DNA from: Lama guanicoe
Taxonomy: Eukaryota
DNA: 64,000 nt
Assembly (NCBI GenBank): GCA_013239625.1
Contig: MU053482.1
Coordinates: forward strand, 3,681,922 to 3,745,921
Direction of reading: 5' to 3'
Below, piece after piece: positions 1 through 12,975 of this stretch; positions within the stretch are counted from its first letter, which is position 1, and each line of letters opens with the position of its first letter. Under the pieces are notes generated by a model. It was not told the origin of the DNA and ran no database searches. It saw nothing but the letters and a program-made list of their open reading frames with translations. The translations under genes were made by a program, and so were the position numbers.

Positions 1-380
1 CTGATGTCTGAATGGATAAACAAAATGTGGTGCATAAATACAGGGGAGTATTATCCCACCTTGAAAAGGAAGGAAATTTCAAACATGCTGCAACATGGAT
101 GAACCTTAAGGACATTATGCTAAGTGAAATAAGCCAGTCATAAAAAGACACATTCTGTGTGATTCCACTTCCCTAGAGTAATCAAAGTCATAGAGACAGG
201 AAGTAGAATGGTGATTCAGGAGGTGGGGGGTGGAGAATGGAGAGTTCTGCAAGATGAAAAGAATTCCGGAGATTGGTTGTGCAACAGTGTGAAGGTATTT
301 AACACTAGTGACCTGCACACTTAAAAATAGTTAAGATGGACGATGGCAGATTTTGTTACGTATATCTTACCACAATGAAA
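1..380 (+). mobile_element. Old L1 (L1M-type) 3' end fragment
   Basis: Typical L1 3' motifs: ATGGATAAACAAAATGTGG, CATGGATGAACCTTAAGGACATTATGCTAAGTGAAATAAGCCAGTCA. Confidence 0.8.
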
Positions 381-1209
381 ACTTTTCTTAATTTTTTTGA
401 GAAAAAATAATTTATTCAGTCCTTAGTTTTTCTTATGAAAACTTTTCTTAACTAAGAAAAAGCATTGTGCATAAGCTGCCTCCTCTACATTATACAGTGT
501 TTGAGCATTAAATTTTGGATTAGAAGGGGCCTTTAGAAGATCTGTTCAATCCTGCAGCGGTCTGTCGTTTAATCTAGGATGATAACAGCTACTGTCGTGG
601 GGTGGTGGGGAGGCAAGCCCTGTGCTAAGTGCTTTTCTTGTGGTCTCTTATTCAACCCACATGAAGACCCTGGGGCGTAGGTCTCATTATGATCAGGCTT
701 CAATGGGTTAAGTAACTTGCCAGAGGTCACAGAGCTAACACATCAGTGGTGCTGAGACCTGAACCCAGGTCCAGTTGGGCCCTGAGTCTCTGCCCAGCCA
801 CCACACCATACGGCCTCCCTGGCAGAGGCTGGTTTTTCGTGGTCCATTTCGGTGACCTTCCCAGCACAATGAGAACCCTAGTGTAAGAGGCTCTCTATCC
901 TCCCCATTCCATTAAATAAACATAGGAGGATACTTCCCTCCTCCCTCTTCACAGCCCCCTCCCCAAGAGGCCCCCCAAGACTGACACAAACAGGAGGCAG
1001 CCTTGGGTGGGGTGGGTATGTGCTACCCTGGAAAGGAGACTGTGAGCTTTAGGGCCAAAGACCCCTGGGTGGGAAGCCCAGAGCAACCCCATGCAGCTGT
1101 CTGAGCCTGAGCAGGGGATACCCTCTCTGAGCCTCACTCATTATCTGTCAAGTAGGGTAGGTGATACTCACCTCTTAGGGTGGCTAGAGGGATTAAATGA
1201 CTATGTACA

Positions 1210-1416
1210 CAGTTGTCCCTCAGCATCCATGGAGAATCAGTTCCAGAAGCTCCCGCAGACACCAAAATCCACGAATGCTCAAGTCATTCATATAAACTGG
1301 TGCAGTACAATGAACACAGTTGGCCCTCCATATCCACAGGCTTCGCCTCCATGGATTCATCCAATGTGGGAATCCAACAGTTGGTTGAATCTACACATAG
1401 GGAAGGCCCAATTACA
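1210..1416. mobile_element. TcMar-Tigger non-autonomous DNA transposon (MER2/Tigger3-like)
   Basis: CAGTTGTCCCTCAGCATCCATGG...ACCAAAATCCACGAATGCTCAAGTC and CAGTTGGCCCTCCATATCCACAGG motifs. Confidence 0.65.
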
Positions 1417-2242
1417 TATACAAAGTCTCCGGTGTCAGTCCTTCGAAATACAGAATTTTTGGCTTGAAACTCATCTCAGCTTCTGCCAGGACTAAGATGC
1501 ATTTAGAGATTTACCCCTGCACAGATTGGAATTGTGTCATTTTCCTTCCAAGACAAAGAAGCTACAATTGGTCTTGGTTTTAAATACTCTTCTCTTCTCT
1601 GCTACCCATGAGAAGCCCCAAGAACTCTGCCAGGTCAGTCCTCTTGAGGACCAAGAGGCCGAAGGAGGGATAGGAAAGAACAGTCCTCCTATTAAAGCTG
1701 GACCCTGCGAGGCCTTCCACAGACGACTTCCTGGGAGGAGTTGATCTGTTCCGAGGTTTTCTGATATAAGAAACTGAAAACCCAACCTGAAGGCCTTAAA
1801 CACCAGGGCAACTTAACGGTTCATGAAATCTAAAGTTCAGAGGCAGGGTGGGCTTCTAGCAAGGGTTGTTTAGAGGATCCCAGTATTTGGGGGGCTACAT
1901 CTCTGTTTGTCTGTGAGTCTCTCCCCTCCCCCTCCCATCAGCTTTTTCCAAACTGGCCTTTTCCTGGGGTAGCTGGATGGCTGCAGGCAGCTGCCGGGAG
2001 ACATGTTTCCTCCTTCACATCTGATGGATGGATATTGTTATATGTCCACTCCCAAAGCCATGGCAGAGGCCAAGGGAATGCCCAGGGGGCTGGGGTTATG
2101 TTGATGATTTAGGCCAGCTGGAAGCTACCCTGGTAACCAAAAGCTGATTTGACCTGGACTTAAACCACATGGTTGTTATACACAGTAGGATGGCAGCTGG
2201 AGAGGCAACTGTAACATTCACTACAAAACCCCTTTATCACTG

Positions 2243-2420
2243 GGTGCAGGTGTGTTGGGTTGGGTGTGTCAAGGTGTGTATGTGTGATATGTCAGTGTGT
2301 GTGAAGTGTGTGTGTGTGAGTGTGTGTGAAGTGTGTGTGTGTGAGTGTGTGTGATGTGTATGCGATGTGCCGGTGTGAGCATGTGTGTGAGATGCGGGTA
2401 TTTAAGTGTATGTATGTTTG
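2243..2420. repeat. Degenerate (TG)n microsatellite
   Basis: Interrupted TG runs, including a repeated GTGTGTGAAGTGTGTGTGTGTGA block. Confidence 0.85.
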
Positions 2421-2663
2421 CTCGTTGTCTCACAACATATATAAATCAAATCATTATGCTGTGCACCTTAAACTTATACATGCTGTGTGTCAATCGTCTC
2501 TCAATAAAACTGTAAAAATTTTAAAAGAGTATATACGCTGGGTGATTGTGTGTAAGTGTGTGCATGGGGATTGAGTCTGTGTATAGCTGAGGAGACGAAG
2601 TATCCAGATTGTCTCGCTTCTGTTTGGGGCCTTTCACTCTGATCTCTGCTGCTACCATCTTGG

Positions 2664-2682
2664 TGGCCACTAGGCGGCACTG
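2664..2682 (+). promoter_or_regulatory. Candidate CTCF binding site
   Basis: TGGCCACTAGGCGGCACTG closely fits the CTCF core consensus. TGCTGCTACC just upstream resembles the upstream (ZF9-11) motif. Confidence 0.55.
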
Positions 2683-4046
2683 TGGCCCACCTTTGACCCT
2701 CTGGCCAACGTGTGGGCAAAATCTTTTTCCCCTAAACACACACGAGACGTTCGAAATCTTAAAAACAATTATACTAACAAAGAAGAACAGAAAGGAAAAC
2801 AATTCAGAGAGCATAAGAAACCTTCAAAGTTATTTCTGGCAACGTACGTCGTAGAGCCAATAATTACCTGAAGTTTTCCCCAGAGCGCTGTCTGCCTTTG
2901 AGCCTTCCCAGCTCCCGCCTGGCTGTGACTGAGGGACACCGCCCCATTCCCTGCGCTGCAGAACAGCCTCCAGGAAACCTGCTGCTTTGCAGCCAAGGCC
3001 AAATTTCCCACCTGCGCTCACCATTTCACCTCAGGGCCCGTCCTCTGTGCCGCCGCCGCTCCCCTCCCCCCGTCACTGCTCCGGGAGACGCCGCCTTTCC
3101 CAACAGCAAGGGGCCCACAGTAAACAGCTTCATTATACTCTGAGTGGTAAGAAGCGCACACCCTAACTAAACACAAAGAGAAAGCAGGCCTCACGCTCTC
3201 CACCAGCGCACTTTAGACTCCAGCTAAGGACCGGAAGGTCACCTGCTCCTCAAGCCCTAGTCCAGCTCTAGCTCTAGCTCTCTGGCCGGCTGCCCAGCCC
3301 AGCTGCCCTCTGCTGGGGTCTTGCTCACACAGCCCTGGAGTTCGCCAGCAACCGTGGGACAGGGGGCTCTCTCCCCCAGCTCTTTGAGAGTTCCCCTTTC
3401 ATCTGGCCTCTGGATCATAGCTCACCAATGTTGTAACCCACCTATCGCTACTCAGATGTTTAATTATATTTTTAAAGGTGTAAGTAGCTTAAAACTCTCA
3501 TGTCACAGAGCCATGGTGAAGATTGAAAGTGATTACCTATTCATTCATTCACGATTTGCTTATGGCAGGCAGTTTGCTAGACTCCATGTTGTCACTAAGA
3601 ATACAAAAAGGAATAAAAAAGAAACTATCCCAAAGAGGGAATAAATAAGATGCTCGCCTAGAATATAACAAGAGGAAGCTACTTGGATGAGGAGGAGGCA
3701 ACACGTCCTCACTGCAACTTTTGTTTTCCTCCTTCCCATCATAACAGCTGGAGTGACAATGTCATCCTCCAAGAAACTGGAGCAGGTCGCTTCCCTGCTT
3801 CAAATCCATTAAGTGCTTCCTTTTGTACCAAGGACAAAACCAAGCTTTCCCGACAAAACCTCGCCGATCTGTCTAGCCCCATCCCACATCCCTCTCTCCT
3901 GCATTTGCTGTGCTCACCACACTGGTCTTTTTTTTTTAAGCTTCTTCAAATAAATCAAGCTGTTTTCTGCCTCCCAACCTTTGGATATGTAGCTGCCTCT
4001 CCTTGAAATGTTCCTGCCTCCATCTCTGTGAAGCTGGTTACTTCTT

Positions 4047-4791
4047 TTCTTTTTTTTAAAGTACAGTCTGTTTATACTGTTGTGTTAATTTCTGGTGTAC
4101 AGCATAGTGATTCAGTTATAAATTCATATATATACATGCATTCCTTTCATATTCTTTTTCATTATAGGCTATTAAAAGGTATTGAATATAGTTCCCCGTG
4201 CTCTACAGAAGAAATTTGTTTTTTATCTATTTTATCTATAGTAGTTAGTATCTGCAAATCTTAAACTCCCAATTTATCCCTTTCTACCCTCTTTCCTCCC
4301 CTGGTAACCATAAGTTTGTTTTCCATGTTTGTGAATTTGTTTCTGTCTTGTAAATAAGTTCATTTGTGTCCTTTTTTAGATTCCACATATAAGTGATATC
4401 ATATGGTATTTTTCTTTCTCTTTCTGGCTTACTTCACTTAGTACGATGATCTCCAGGTCCATCCACGTTGCTGCAAATGGCATTAATTTATTCTTTTTTA
4501 TGACTGAGTAGTATTCTATTGTGTGTTTGTATACCACAACTCCTTTATCCAGTTATCTGTTGATGAACATTTAGATTGCATCCATGTCTTGGCTATTGTA
4601 AATAATGCTGCTGTGAACATTGGGGTGCATGTATCTTTTCAAATTAGAGTTTCTTCCAGAGATATACCCAGGAATGGGATTGCTAGATCATAGGGTAAGT
4701 CTATTTTCTGTTTTTTTAAGGAATCTGCATACTGTTTTCCGTAACAGCTGCACCAAAGTACATTCTCACCAATGTAGGAGGGTTCCCTTTA
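4047..4791 (-). mobile_element. 5'-truncated L1 insertion with 16-bp TSD
   Basis: Antisense L1 ORF2-end/3'UTR sequence with poly(T) at its left. Perfect TSD AAGCTGGTTACTTCTT at 4031-4046 and 4792-4807. Confidence 0.88.
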
Positions 4792-4959
4792 AAGCTGGTT
4801 ACTTCTTATTCTTCAAATGTCAGCCTAAATGTCACCCATCAGCAAGACCTTCACTTCCTACCCCGTCCAAAATATGTCCACTTCTAGGTCTGACACCAAA
4901 ACATTATGAAACTTCAGTTAATAAAACAATTTGATATGAGAAGAAATGATGAAACCAAA

Positions 4960-6310
4960 GAAAAATAAGAGATGGACTCTAAAGCACAAGGGAATTTTCT
5001 ATACTGTAAAGTTGGAAAGGTGAGATTTCAAATAACTGGGAAAAAAGTTTGGTAAGTAAAATAAAAATAAACAGTGATGGCACAAATAGTCATGGCCTAC
5101 AGAGATAAGGACACAGCTGGGTTCCTATTTCATGCCTCATACCCAGGTCAATTCCAGATTGATCAAATATTAACTGTAAAAAAAATCATAAAATATGTTT
5201 AAAAGATGGTTAATTAAATACTAACCTAAGAAAGAGGCTTTTCTGAGAAGGCTATAAAATCCAGAAGCTATAAAAGAAAAAGTTAGTAAATGTGTCTAAG
5301 AAGCAATTTAACTCTGGTATAAAAAAAAAAAAAAAAAGGAAAGCAACAACAACAAAACCTGAAAGGTAAATGAAAGGCTAAGTTCCAAAACAGGGAAAAC
5401 AAACTTAAAACATATTTGTCAAAGAGCTCTTTTCCTTAACTTCAATAGAACTGATATAAATGTATATGAAAAAAAAGAATAGCCCAAAAGAAAAGTGTGC
5501 AAATGATAAAAAGAGTTTATAGAAAAGCAAATTTAAAAGATGATAAACATGTGGAAATATGCTTTAATACATGTATATTCAAAGAATTCAAAATGTTAAG
5601 AAAACATTTTTTTCACTTACCAAACTGGTACAAGTCTTCTCTGTTGCTGTAGGGATGTGAAGAAATTAATACTCTCATCCACTTTTGATGGAAGGTGGGA
5701 TACAAACTGAAGCAGTTTCTCACTACAGATAAATTTGATAAATACCAAAACAATGGACATTCCTCAAAAAACTAAACATAGTACTACCATGTGATCCAGC
5801 AATTCCACTCCTGGGTATATATCAAAAAAAAAAAAAAGCACTAATTCAAAAAGATACATGCACCCCAATGTTCATTGCAGCATTATTTACAGCAGCCAAG
5901 ATACAGTTTATATCTATAAAACTTCAGTCACATATGTACAGGAATCTTCCTGGCAGAATTTTTATAAAATCAAATCCTGAAGTGTCCATTAACAGCTGAA
6001 TAAATTATCCATCACCTGTGACACTATACACAGAGAATCCCAAAGATACCATGGAATAACTACTAGAGCTTATCAAAAATATTCATTCATTTATTTGTAT
6101 GTTTTATTGAAGTATAGCTGATTTACAGTGTTTCGTTAATTCTGATGTGCTGCATAGTGATTCAGTTATACATATATATTCCTCTGCTTATTCTTTTTCA
6201 TTATAAGTTGTTACAAGGTATTGAATATAGTTCCCTGGGCTCGACAGTATAAACTTGTTGTTTATCTGTTTTTTATATATTAGTTAGAATCTGCAAATCC
6301 CGGAAAAACT
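4960..6310. mobile_element. Cluster of L1 fragments (old degenerate L1 with younger L1 3' pieces in both orientations)
   Basis: GATCCAGCAATTCCACTCCTGGGTATAT...AAAAGATACATGCACCCCAATGTTCATTGCAGC (+, about 5790-5900); antisense L1 3' end at about 6100-6300. Confidence 0.65.
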
Positions 6311-6892
6311 TTGGATTTGTATTATTTTAATTATATTTTTATTTTTAATTATATAAATAAAATTTCTATTTTTAATTATATATGTATAAAAAATAACTTA
6401 AAAAAAAACTTGGCACTCAACTGTTTGTAATCAATTTACGGCCTCTCAGGTCTGAATTCACCTTTCAGTACATGTTCTGTGCTGAACAGCAGAATGCCTT
6501 TAAGTATGTCTCCTGAAGTGAGCAAGATGTTAAAGCTTTCTTAATCCCACACACAGGAGAGACATTGCAGGAGGAAGAAGCTTTCTTGCCATTTTGGGGC
6601 TCAGAGGGGTAGGTGTGAGGCCATATGCTGGAGCCTGCCCCAGCCACAGCCTAGAACCATGTCCCTCTGTAACTCAGCAGCCACGGCTTGTAGATAACCT
6701 TTCCACAAAATTCAAAATCCATGCAGCTCATGGGCTCTAAAAGCCTCCGGCCCAAGCCAGGACCCAGGGCCCCAGACCACCCGCACTGATGGCCTGCATT
6801 CCAAAGGGTGGGCGATTGCTGTCCAGTGACTCTAGACCAGCCCGACCTGCCCAGATCAGCCAGCTGCTCTGCTGTCCCACGGCAGCACCACA

Positions 6893-7245
6893 CTGCTGGG
6901 GACTGAAGTATCTTCCTCCCAAATGTATAAATTAAGCTGTGAACCCCAGTGGGATAGTATGTGGGGATGGGGCCTTTGGGAGGTAATTAGGGTTAGATGA
7001 GGTCATGGGGGTGGGTCCCTCATGGTGGGATTAGGGCCTTATCAGAAAGCTTGCTTTCTTCTCCCTCAGGACCCAGCCTGAAGGTGGCAATCTGCAAGCC
7101 TGGAAGAAAGCCCTCGCCAGATGACCTAATCAGTAGACACACTGATCTTGGACTTCCCGACCTCCAGAACTGTGAGAAATACATTCCCGTTATTGAAGCC
7201 TCCAATCTTGGCATTTTGTTATGACAGCCCAAGCTGACTAATACC
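6893..7245 (+). mobile_element. MaLR solo LTR (MLT1A-like)
   Basis: GGGGCCTTTGGGAGGTAATTAGGGTTAGATGAGGTCATG...GATCTTGGACTTCCCGACCTCCAGAACTGTGAGAAATA...GACAGCCCAAGCTGACTAATAC. Confidence 0.8.
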
Positions 7246-7639
7246 CACACCTTCTCCAGTGAGAGCTGAATCCCTCCCAAGTTTGTCCTTCTTTGGGTCG
7301 CTCCCTCAGTGCTAGGGTACCAGGGTTTGTTTACATCATAGAGCTGCTTGTTTATCACAGCCAATCATTCTTTATGTCAAGCTTCCTTGTTTAACCTCCT
7401 GTGTGGTTTCTGTCTCCTGAATGGACTGAAATGGCTTCACCAGTATTTTCTATCTTTGCACCTGTTTACTTCATAGCACTTACCCTAATTTGTATTTTTT
7501 TCTTTAATTACTTATTGTTCATGTGTCTCCCTCTGGACCATTCACTCCATGATGACAAGGACCAAGTCTCTCTCCTATATCTTTTTACTTGGTGTAGAGT
7601 AGGTATTTAATAAAGCCTTCCTGACTGAGTGGAAGGCAA

Positions 7640-7880
7640 TAAAGTATAGTGGTCAAGACCAAGGATTCTGGAGGTTAACTCTGTAGGTTGAAATCCTGGC
7701 TTAGCCTCTTAAAAGCTGTGTGACCTTGAGCAGGGTACTTAACTATGCCTCATTTCCCATTTCTGTAAAATGGGAATAGTAATGGTACCTATCTTATAGG
7801 ACTCTTGTGAGAATTAAATTAGCTAGTATACATAAAGCATTTAGATTTCCTGACACATAGCAAGTGCTATATATGCTATG
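7640..7880 (+). mobile_element. MIR SINE (other MIR copies at about 620-790, 8310-8530, 19410-19640, 25160-25370, 26030-26230, 30400-30600, 34750-34900, 48550-48740, 50170-50340)
   Basis: MIR core GCTGTGTGACCTTGAGCAGG...CCTCATTTCCCATTTCTGTAAAATGGGAATAGTAATGGTACCTATCTTATAGG. Confidence 0.75.
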
Positions 7881-8591
7881 TTATGTGAGGAAAGGTCAAG
7901 AAGAATGAAGACGGTCTGGTGACTCGTGGAATGATCGTCGTCTTCAAATATCTGCAGTACTATCACGTACAAGATCCTATTAAACAAAACTACAGTAGAA
8001 ATGGAAAAATATAGGGAAGAAGGTGGGCTCATTATAAAGCATTTGAAATGGTTTGAACCACCCTAGAGTGATTAGTCATTCTGGGTTTTAAAACTGAAAG
8101 TCTGACCCTGGGAGGCTACTCAGTCCCAAGCAAGCCAGCTCTCTCTAGATGTCCCTAACAAGACCACCTTCATGAAGTAGTGAGTGCCCCTCTATGATCT
8201 GAGCAGAAGTCAAAGAACCATGGTTCAGGGATGTAGAGAAATTATTCCTGCAGGAGGAAGGAACTGGGACTGGAAGCACTTTAATTCAGATTTTAAGAAA
8301 GCATATTTTAACAGAAGTAGCATGCATCTTGAGACAGAAAAACCCAGGTTCAAAGTCTGACTTCTGCCACTTACTAGCTGTGTGAGCTTGGATAACTTAA
8401 CTTACTGAGCCTCAGTTTCTTGATCTACAAAATAGGAATACTCGTTCCCAACTTGTAAGGTTATTGCCTTCATTAAACACAATGGATGGAAAATGACTTG
8501 CACAGTGTCTGGCACAATGTAAGTACTCAAGAAATTAAAACTTTTCCTTCAGAGTTCTGACTCCAGGATTTTCTAGTCCCAGGGCTTCTCA

Positions 8592-8775
8592 GCAGTGGTT
8601 CTCAAAGTGTGGTCCCTGGACCAAGAGCAGCAGCATCACCAGGAACTCATTAGAAATGCAGATTCTCCATCCCACCCACACCTACTGAATCAGAAAGTGG
8701 GATGGGGTTCAGAAATCTGAGTTTTAACTAACTCTCCAGGTGATGCTCGTTACACTAAAGAGTTTGAAAAGCGCT
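8592..8775. mobile_element. MER5A (hAT-Charlie) DNA transposon
   Basis: CAGTGGTTCTCAAAGTGTGGTCCCTGGACC...CATCACCAGGAACTCATTAGAAATGCAGATTCTC...AGTTTGAAAAGC. Confidence 0.8.
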
Positions 8776-10204
8776 TCTCTAAGCGATCGTCCTGTCTCTG
8801 AAACAGAAGAATGGAAAATCTCTCCAAGACTTAAAAGCTCTCCCTTTAATACACCAAAAATGAAATTATTTTAAAATGAAAATAGTGCTAAAATTTTTTT
8901 TTAATTGCATTTGTAAACAGGCTTCACAGGCAAGTCGTCTGCACTCTGGGGTAAATATGTCAGTATGACCAGGTCTTGGCATGCCCTGAGGCAAAAAGCA
9001 CTGATAAATAGGCTTAGTTTGGTTACACTGTGTAAACCACTTACTTGACCAATCATAAACCACACAACTGAGTTGATTTCCCACACTCATAGAGGTAGGT
9101 TAGTTGGAAAACAATTTCTTAAATTGTTACAACATACTTCTTTAGCAGAAAGTCGCCCTGAGGGTAACTAAGAGAATTCCCACTGGAGTGCACATTAATA
9201 TTTCTCTCTGCCCTAACAAGTCCCCAAATACAGTGATGTGTTTATCTCACACATACAGCTGGACAAAGAATCAGGTAAAAGTATTTTTAAACAGCTCTAA
9301 ACTCATTTTATAAACTAAGATCTTTTAATATCCAAAACCTACGATAATTCAGTCAAGAGAATCCATCTCTTCTTGAATTTGAAATGCTTCTCATGAAATC
9401 AGGGATGAATGTAAAGAACAATCTTCACTTTTCAAGGTTTTGAGAATCTTCTCAAAATATTTATTTAAACACTCGAGCAGAAAGCTTCATCCACACAGAG
9501 CAGCAACATGCAAATTCCATGTGTACCTTCGCTTTTGGGAGAAATATCCTTTGCTGTGCTTAACTGTGATTTTCATAAAGCAATTCAAAAGTTCAAAATC
9601 TATGTATTGAGAACTTCTTGGGTCCCTTCACTGGGAGATGAGAGTATTCAAAAAGTATTCTGGCTTTGAGGAAAGTCAGAGTCAGAGGGGAGTAAAGACT
9701 ACATTCAAAACATGTATTTTAAATATACTGTGATGTATACTTTTTTTCCAAATTGAATATAGTTGAATGCCAAGCTATTTTTGGAGACAATAAGATAGAG
9801 GAAGCTCCTTGAATGATGTTAACAAGGAAGGCTTCCTGGAGGAGATGGGACACAAGGAAATCAAATTTATATTCTAAGGCAGGACAAGAAAACTTAAATA
9901 TAATATTCTCTCTTTCTTTGCCCATTTAGGCTTCTTCCCTCCCTATCATGCAGTGTGCGTTTGCATTACATATTAACCAGACCACCTCAGAGATGAGGGT
10001 GCTTTCCTGACCTTAAAGATCAATTTTTCCCCCTTTCTTCTGAGGCAATGTAACTTCTCAAAAGTTCCTTCCCAACTCTGTAGGCGGTCGTAGTGACTTA
10101 CTGCTCACTTTGTGCTATGGATCTCTGGACTATGTATCTTTGGTGAACTTGAAGTAAAGTATCGGTATATCATTTTGATGCATGATCCTTTGTCTCAAAA
10201 ATGT

Positions 10205-10350
10205 ACATGACTGTGCCCTTGACTTCTAACAGGCGAAACAGTTCTCAGAGCTTCTGAGAGACTGTCTCCTGGGTTATAACCCTCAATTTGGCTCAAATCA
10301 AACTCCCTTTTTCCTTCTTAACTTGACTGTTAATTGAATTTTCATCAACA
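10205..10350 (+). mobile_element. Possible ERV1-type LTR 3' fragment
   Basis: CTGAGAGACTGTCTCCTGGGTTATAACCCTCAATTTGGCTCAAATCAAACTC...TCAACA end; family not identified. Confidence 0.35.
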
Positions 10351-10611
10351 GACACATGATGGATATCAAAGAATGGGTCAATTTTATTGCTGGGAAGAAT
10401 TCACTTGTCACTGGCCTTTAGAGTGTATAATTCTTACCATTAAGATTTTGCTCACACACACACAAAACACTTTTTGTAAAGATTTTGCTTACTATCTTCT
10501 CTGCTCAAAACTCTTCCCACACTCTGCCTAGCAAATCCTACCCATCTTTCAAAGCCACCTCAAATTCTACCTTCTTTCCCTTCCTTCACCAAGGATCAAT
10601 AATAAAATCCT

Positions 10612-11272
10612 CAATATGATCCAGCAATCCCACTCCTGGGCATATATCCAGAGGGAACACTAATTCAAAAAGATACATGCACCCCAGTGCTCATAGCAGC
10701 ACTATATACAATAGCCAAGATATGGAACCAACTCAAATGTCCATCGGTGGAGGACTGGATAAAGAAGCTGCAGTATATTTATACAATGGAATAGTACTCA
10801 GCCATTAAAAAAGAAGAAAATAATGCCATTTGCAGCAATGTGGATGGACCTGGAGATCATTCTAAGTGAAGTAAGCCAGAAAGAGAAAGAAAAATGTCAT
10901 ATGATATCACTCATATGTGGAATCTAAAAAAAAAAGAAGAAAAAAGAAGACACTAATGAGCTTATCTACAAAACAGAAACAAGCTTACAGACATAGTAAA
11001 CAAACTTATGGTTCCCAGGGTGGGGAAAGGAGGTGGGAAGTGATAAATTGGGAGCTCAAGATTTGCAAATATTAACTGCTATGTATAAAATAGATAAACA
11101 ACAAGTTTCTTCTATATAGTCCTGGGAACTATAATCAATATCTTGTAGTAACCTATAATGAAAAAGATTATGAAAACATATGTATGTGTGTATATGTATG
11201 ACTGAAACATTATGCTGTACACCAGAAATTGACACATTGTAATTATGTGACTATACTTCAATTAAAAAAAAA
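10612..11272 (+). mobile_element. L1 3' end (ORF2 tail, 3'UTR and poly(A))
   Basis: ATATGATCCAGCAATCCCACTCCTGGGCATATATCCAGAG...GACTATACTTCAATTAAAAAAAAA; similar subfamily to the 4047-4791 copy. Confidence 0.88.
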
Positions 11273-12587
11273 GTGACCTTGTGCTTCTTACCTTTGGTGA
11301 CAACAAGAAAGAGAGGAAGGGAAGAGTTTGAGAGTCTGTGTCCTACCTGAAGTGAGAAAACCCTGAGGGATACAGCAGATGATTGCAGTTTCCAAGGTAG
11401 AGTCATATGACTATTGGCCTGTCACTTTGCACCTCATCTTATTTTCACACCAGTCCCAGGAGACAGCTATGACCAGCTTCCATGGCCTCACACCACTGAC
11501 AGATTTCTGTACCCGTGACGCAGGGCTGTTCTGAAGATTAAATGAGTTTCAGCATGAAAAGTGCTGGCACAAGTAAACATTCAACACAGACTAGTTACTA
11601 TTATTTAATTCCCACCAGGGGAATGAAGGATAAGTCAGTCAAAAATATTATGTAACTTGCCCAGGCATGCCAGGGATATATGCACACTTAGGGATAACGC
11701 CTATGCTGATTTCTTCCCCTGGAATTCCCAGGCCAAGTGGGAAATGTCAAACACCCAATCAACCAGAGATGCAGACCGGTGGATACAATGGCAGCTTCTT
11801 GAAGGAGACTTTCTCCGCCTCTCCCATCCAGTCTCTATCACCACTACCACCACCAGCTGCAAGTTTTATGTCCAGAGACTAGACTCTTTTCTGAATTGGT
11901 GGGACTTTTTTCCATTAGGGATTTTTTTTTCTTACCCACTTTTACATAGGGAGTGGCACTTTAAGGCTTCTAATTCTGTCTCTGTGTGAGCATTAAAACT
12001 CACCGCCCTGAAATAATGGAAAACAGAATCCCGCTTGTACCCACCACTATCTGGGTAGTCTTAGCGCAGGCTTTGGTTTCTGTTATTCAGATTAGTAGCT
12101 CTCTCAGTTAGACATTTACAAGGACATTTACTGTGCTGTTCTTGTTGGTTTTTAACTCAGCATATCTGGATGTTTATAGCAGGAGGATTTTCTGGTTATT
12201 CTAATTTGCCAGAACTAAGATTTCTATCAAATTTTTTTTTTACTGACAATCAAATTAGTTCTGTTAAACTTTACATTCCTGGTTCTTACCTAAGGGAGCA
12301 TTTTATACAGTTTTAAATTCCTGAAAATAAGCTCATGTTTTAGAGATGAATATTTATTTAAGAACCCAGGGCTGGGGGGATAAAGAAAAAAGAAACCTAG
12401 AGGAGACCATGACCTAGATTATAAAACAACTACCCAGACAAATGCAATGACAAATTATAACCCTAAAATGTTTTATTAATGATCATATGTCCTGCTACTT
12501 CAGAAACAAGCCTTATTTTAGTAAATGACAGGGAAAAGCACAATTTAAAAATTCATCTGGGAAGACCTACCCTATAAGAGGCTCTTT

Positions 12588-12975
12588 TAAGGGCTGAATT
12601 CTGTTCTCCCAAATTCATACACTGTAGTACTAACCCCTAGCACCTCAGAATTTGACTTTATTTGGAGATAGGATCTAAAAAGAGATAATAAGTTGAAAAT
12701 GAGGTCATTGGGGTGAGTCCTAATCCAATATGACTGGTGCCCTTATAAGAAGAAGAAATTAGGACACAGACACACCCAGAAGGAAGACCAGGTGAAGACA
12801 GCGGGAGAAGACAGCCATCTCCGAGCCAAGGAGAGAAGCCTCAGAAGAAACCAACTCTGCTGACTCCTTGATCTTGGACTTTCCGCCTCTAGAATTATGA
12901 GAAAATTAATATTCTGTTGTTTCAGTCACCCAATCTGTGGTACTTTATTGTGGCAGCCTTAGCAAACAAATACAA
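12588..12975 (+). mobile_element. MaLR solo LTR (MLT1B-like)
   Basis: GGGCTGAATTCTGTTCTCCCAAATTCAT...CCTAATCCAATATGACTGGTGCCCTTATAAGAAG...GGCAGCCTTAGCAAACAAATACA. Confidence 0.85.

Noticed and set aside
1091..1495. 134-aa ORF
   Set aside because: Runs through MIR and Tigger-derived sequence; no coding signature.
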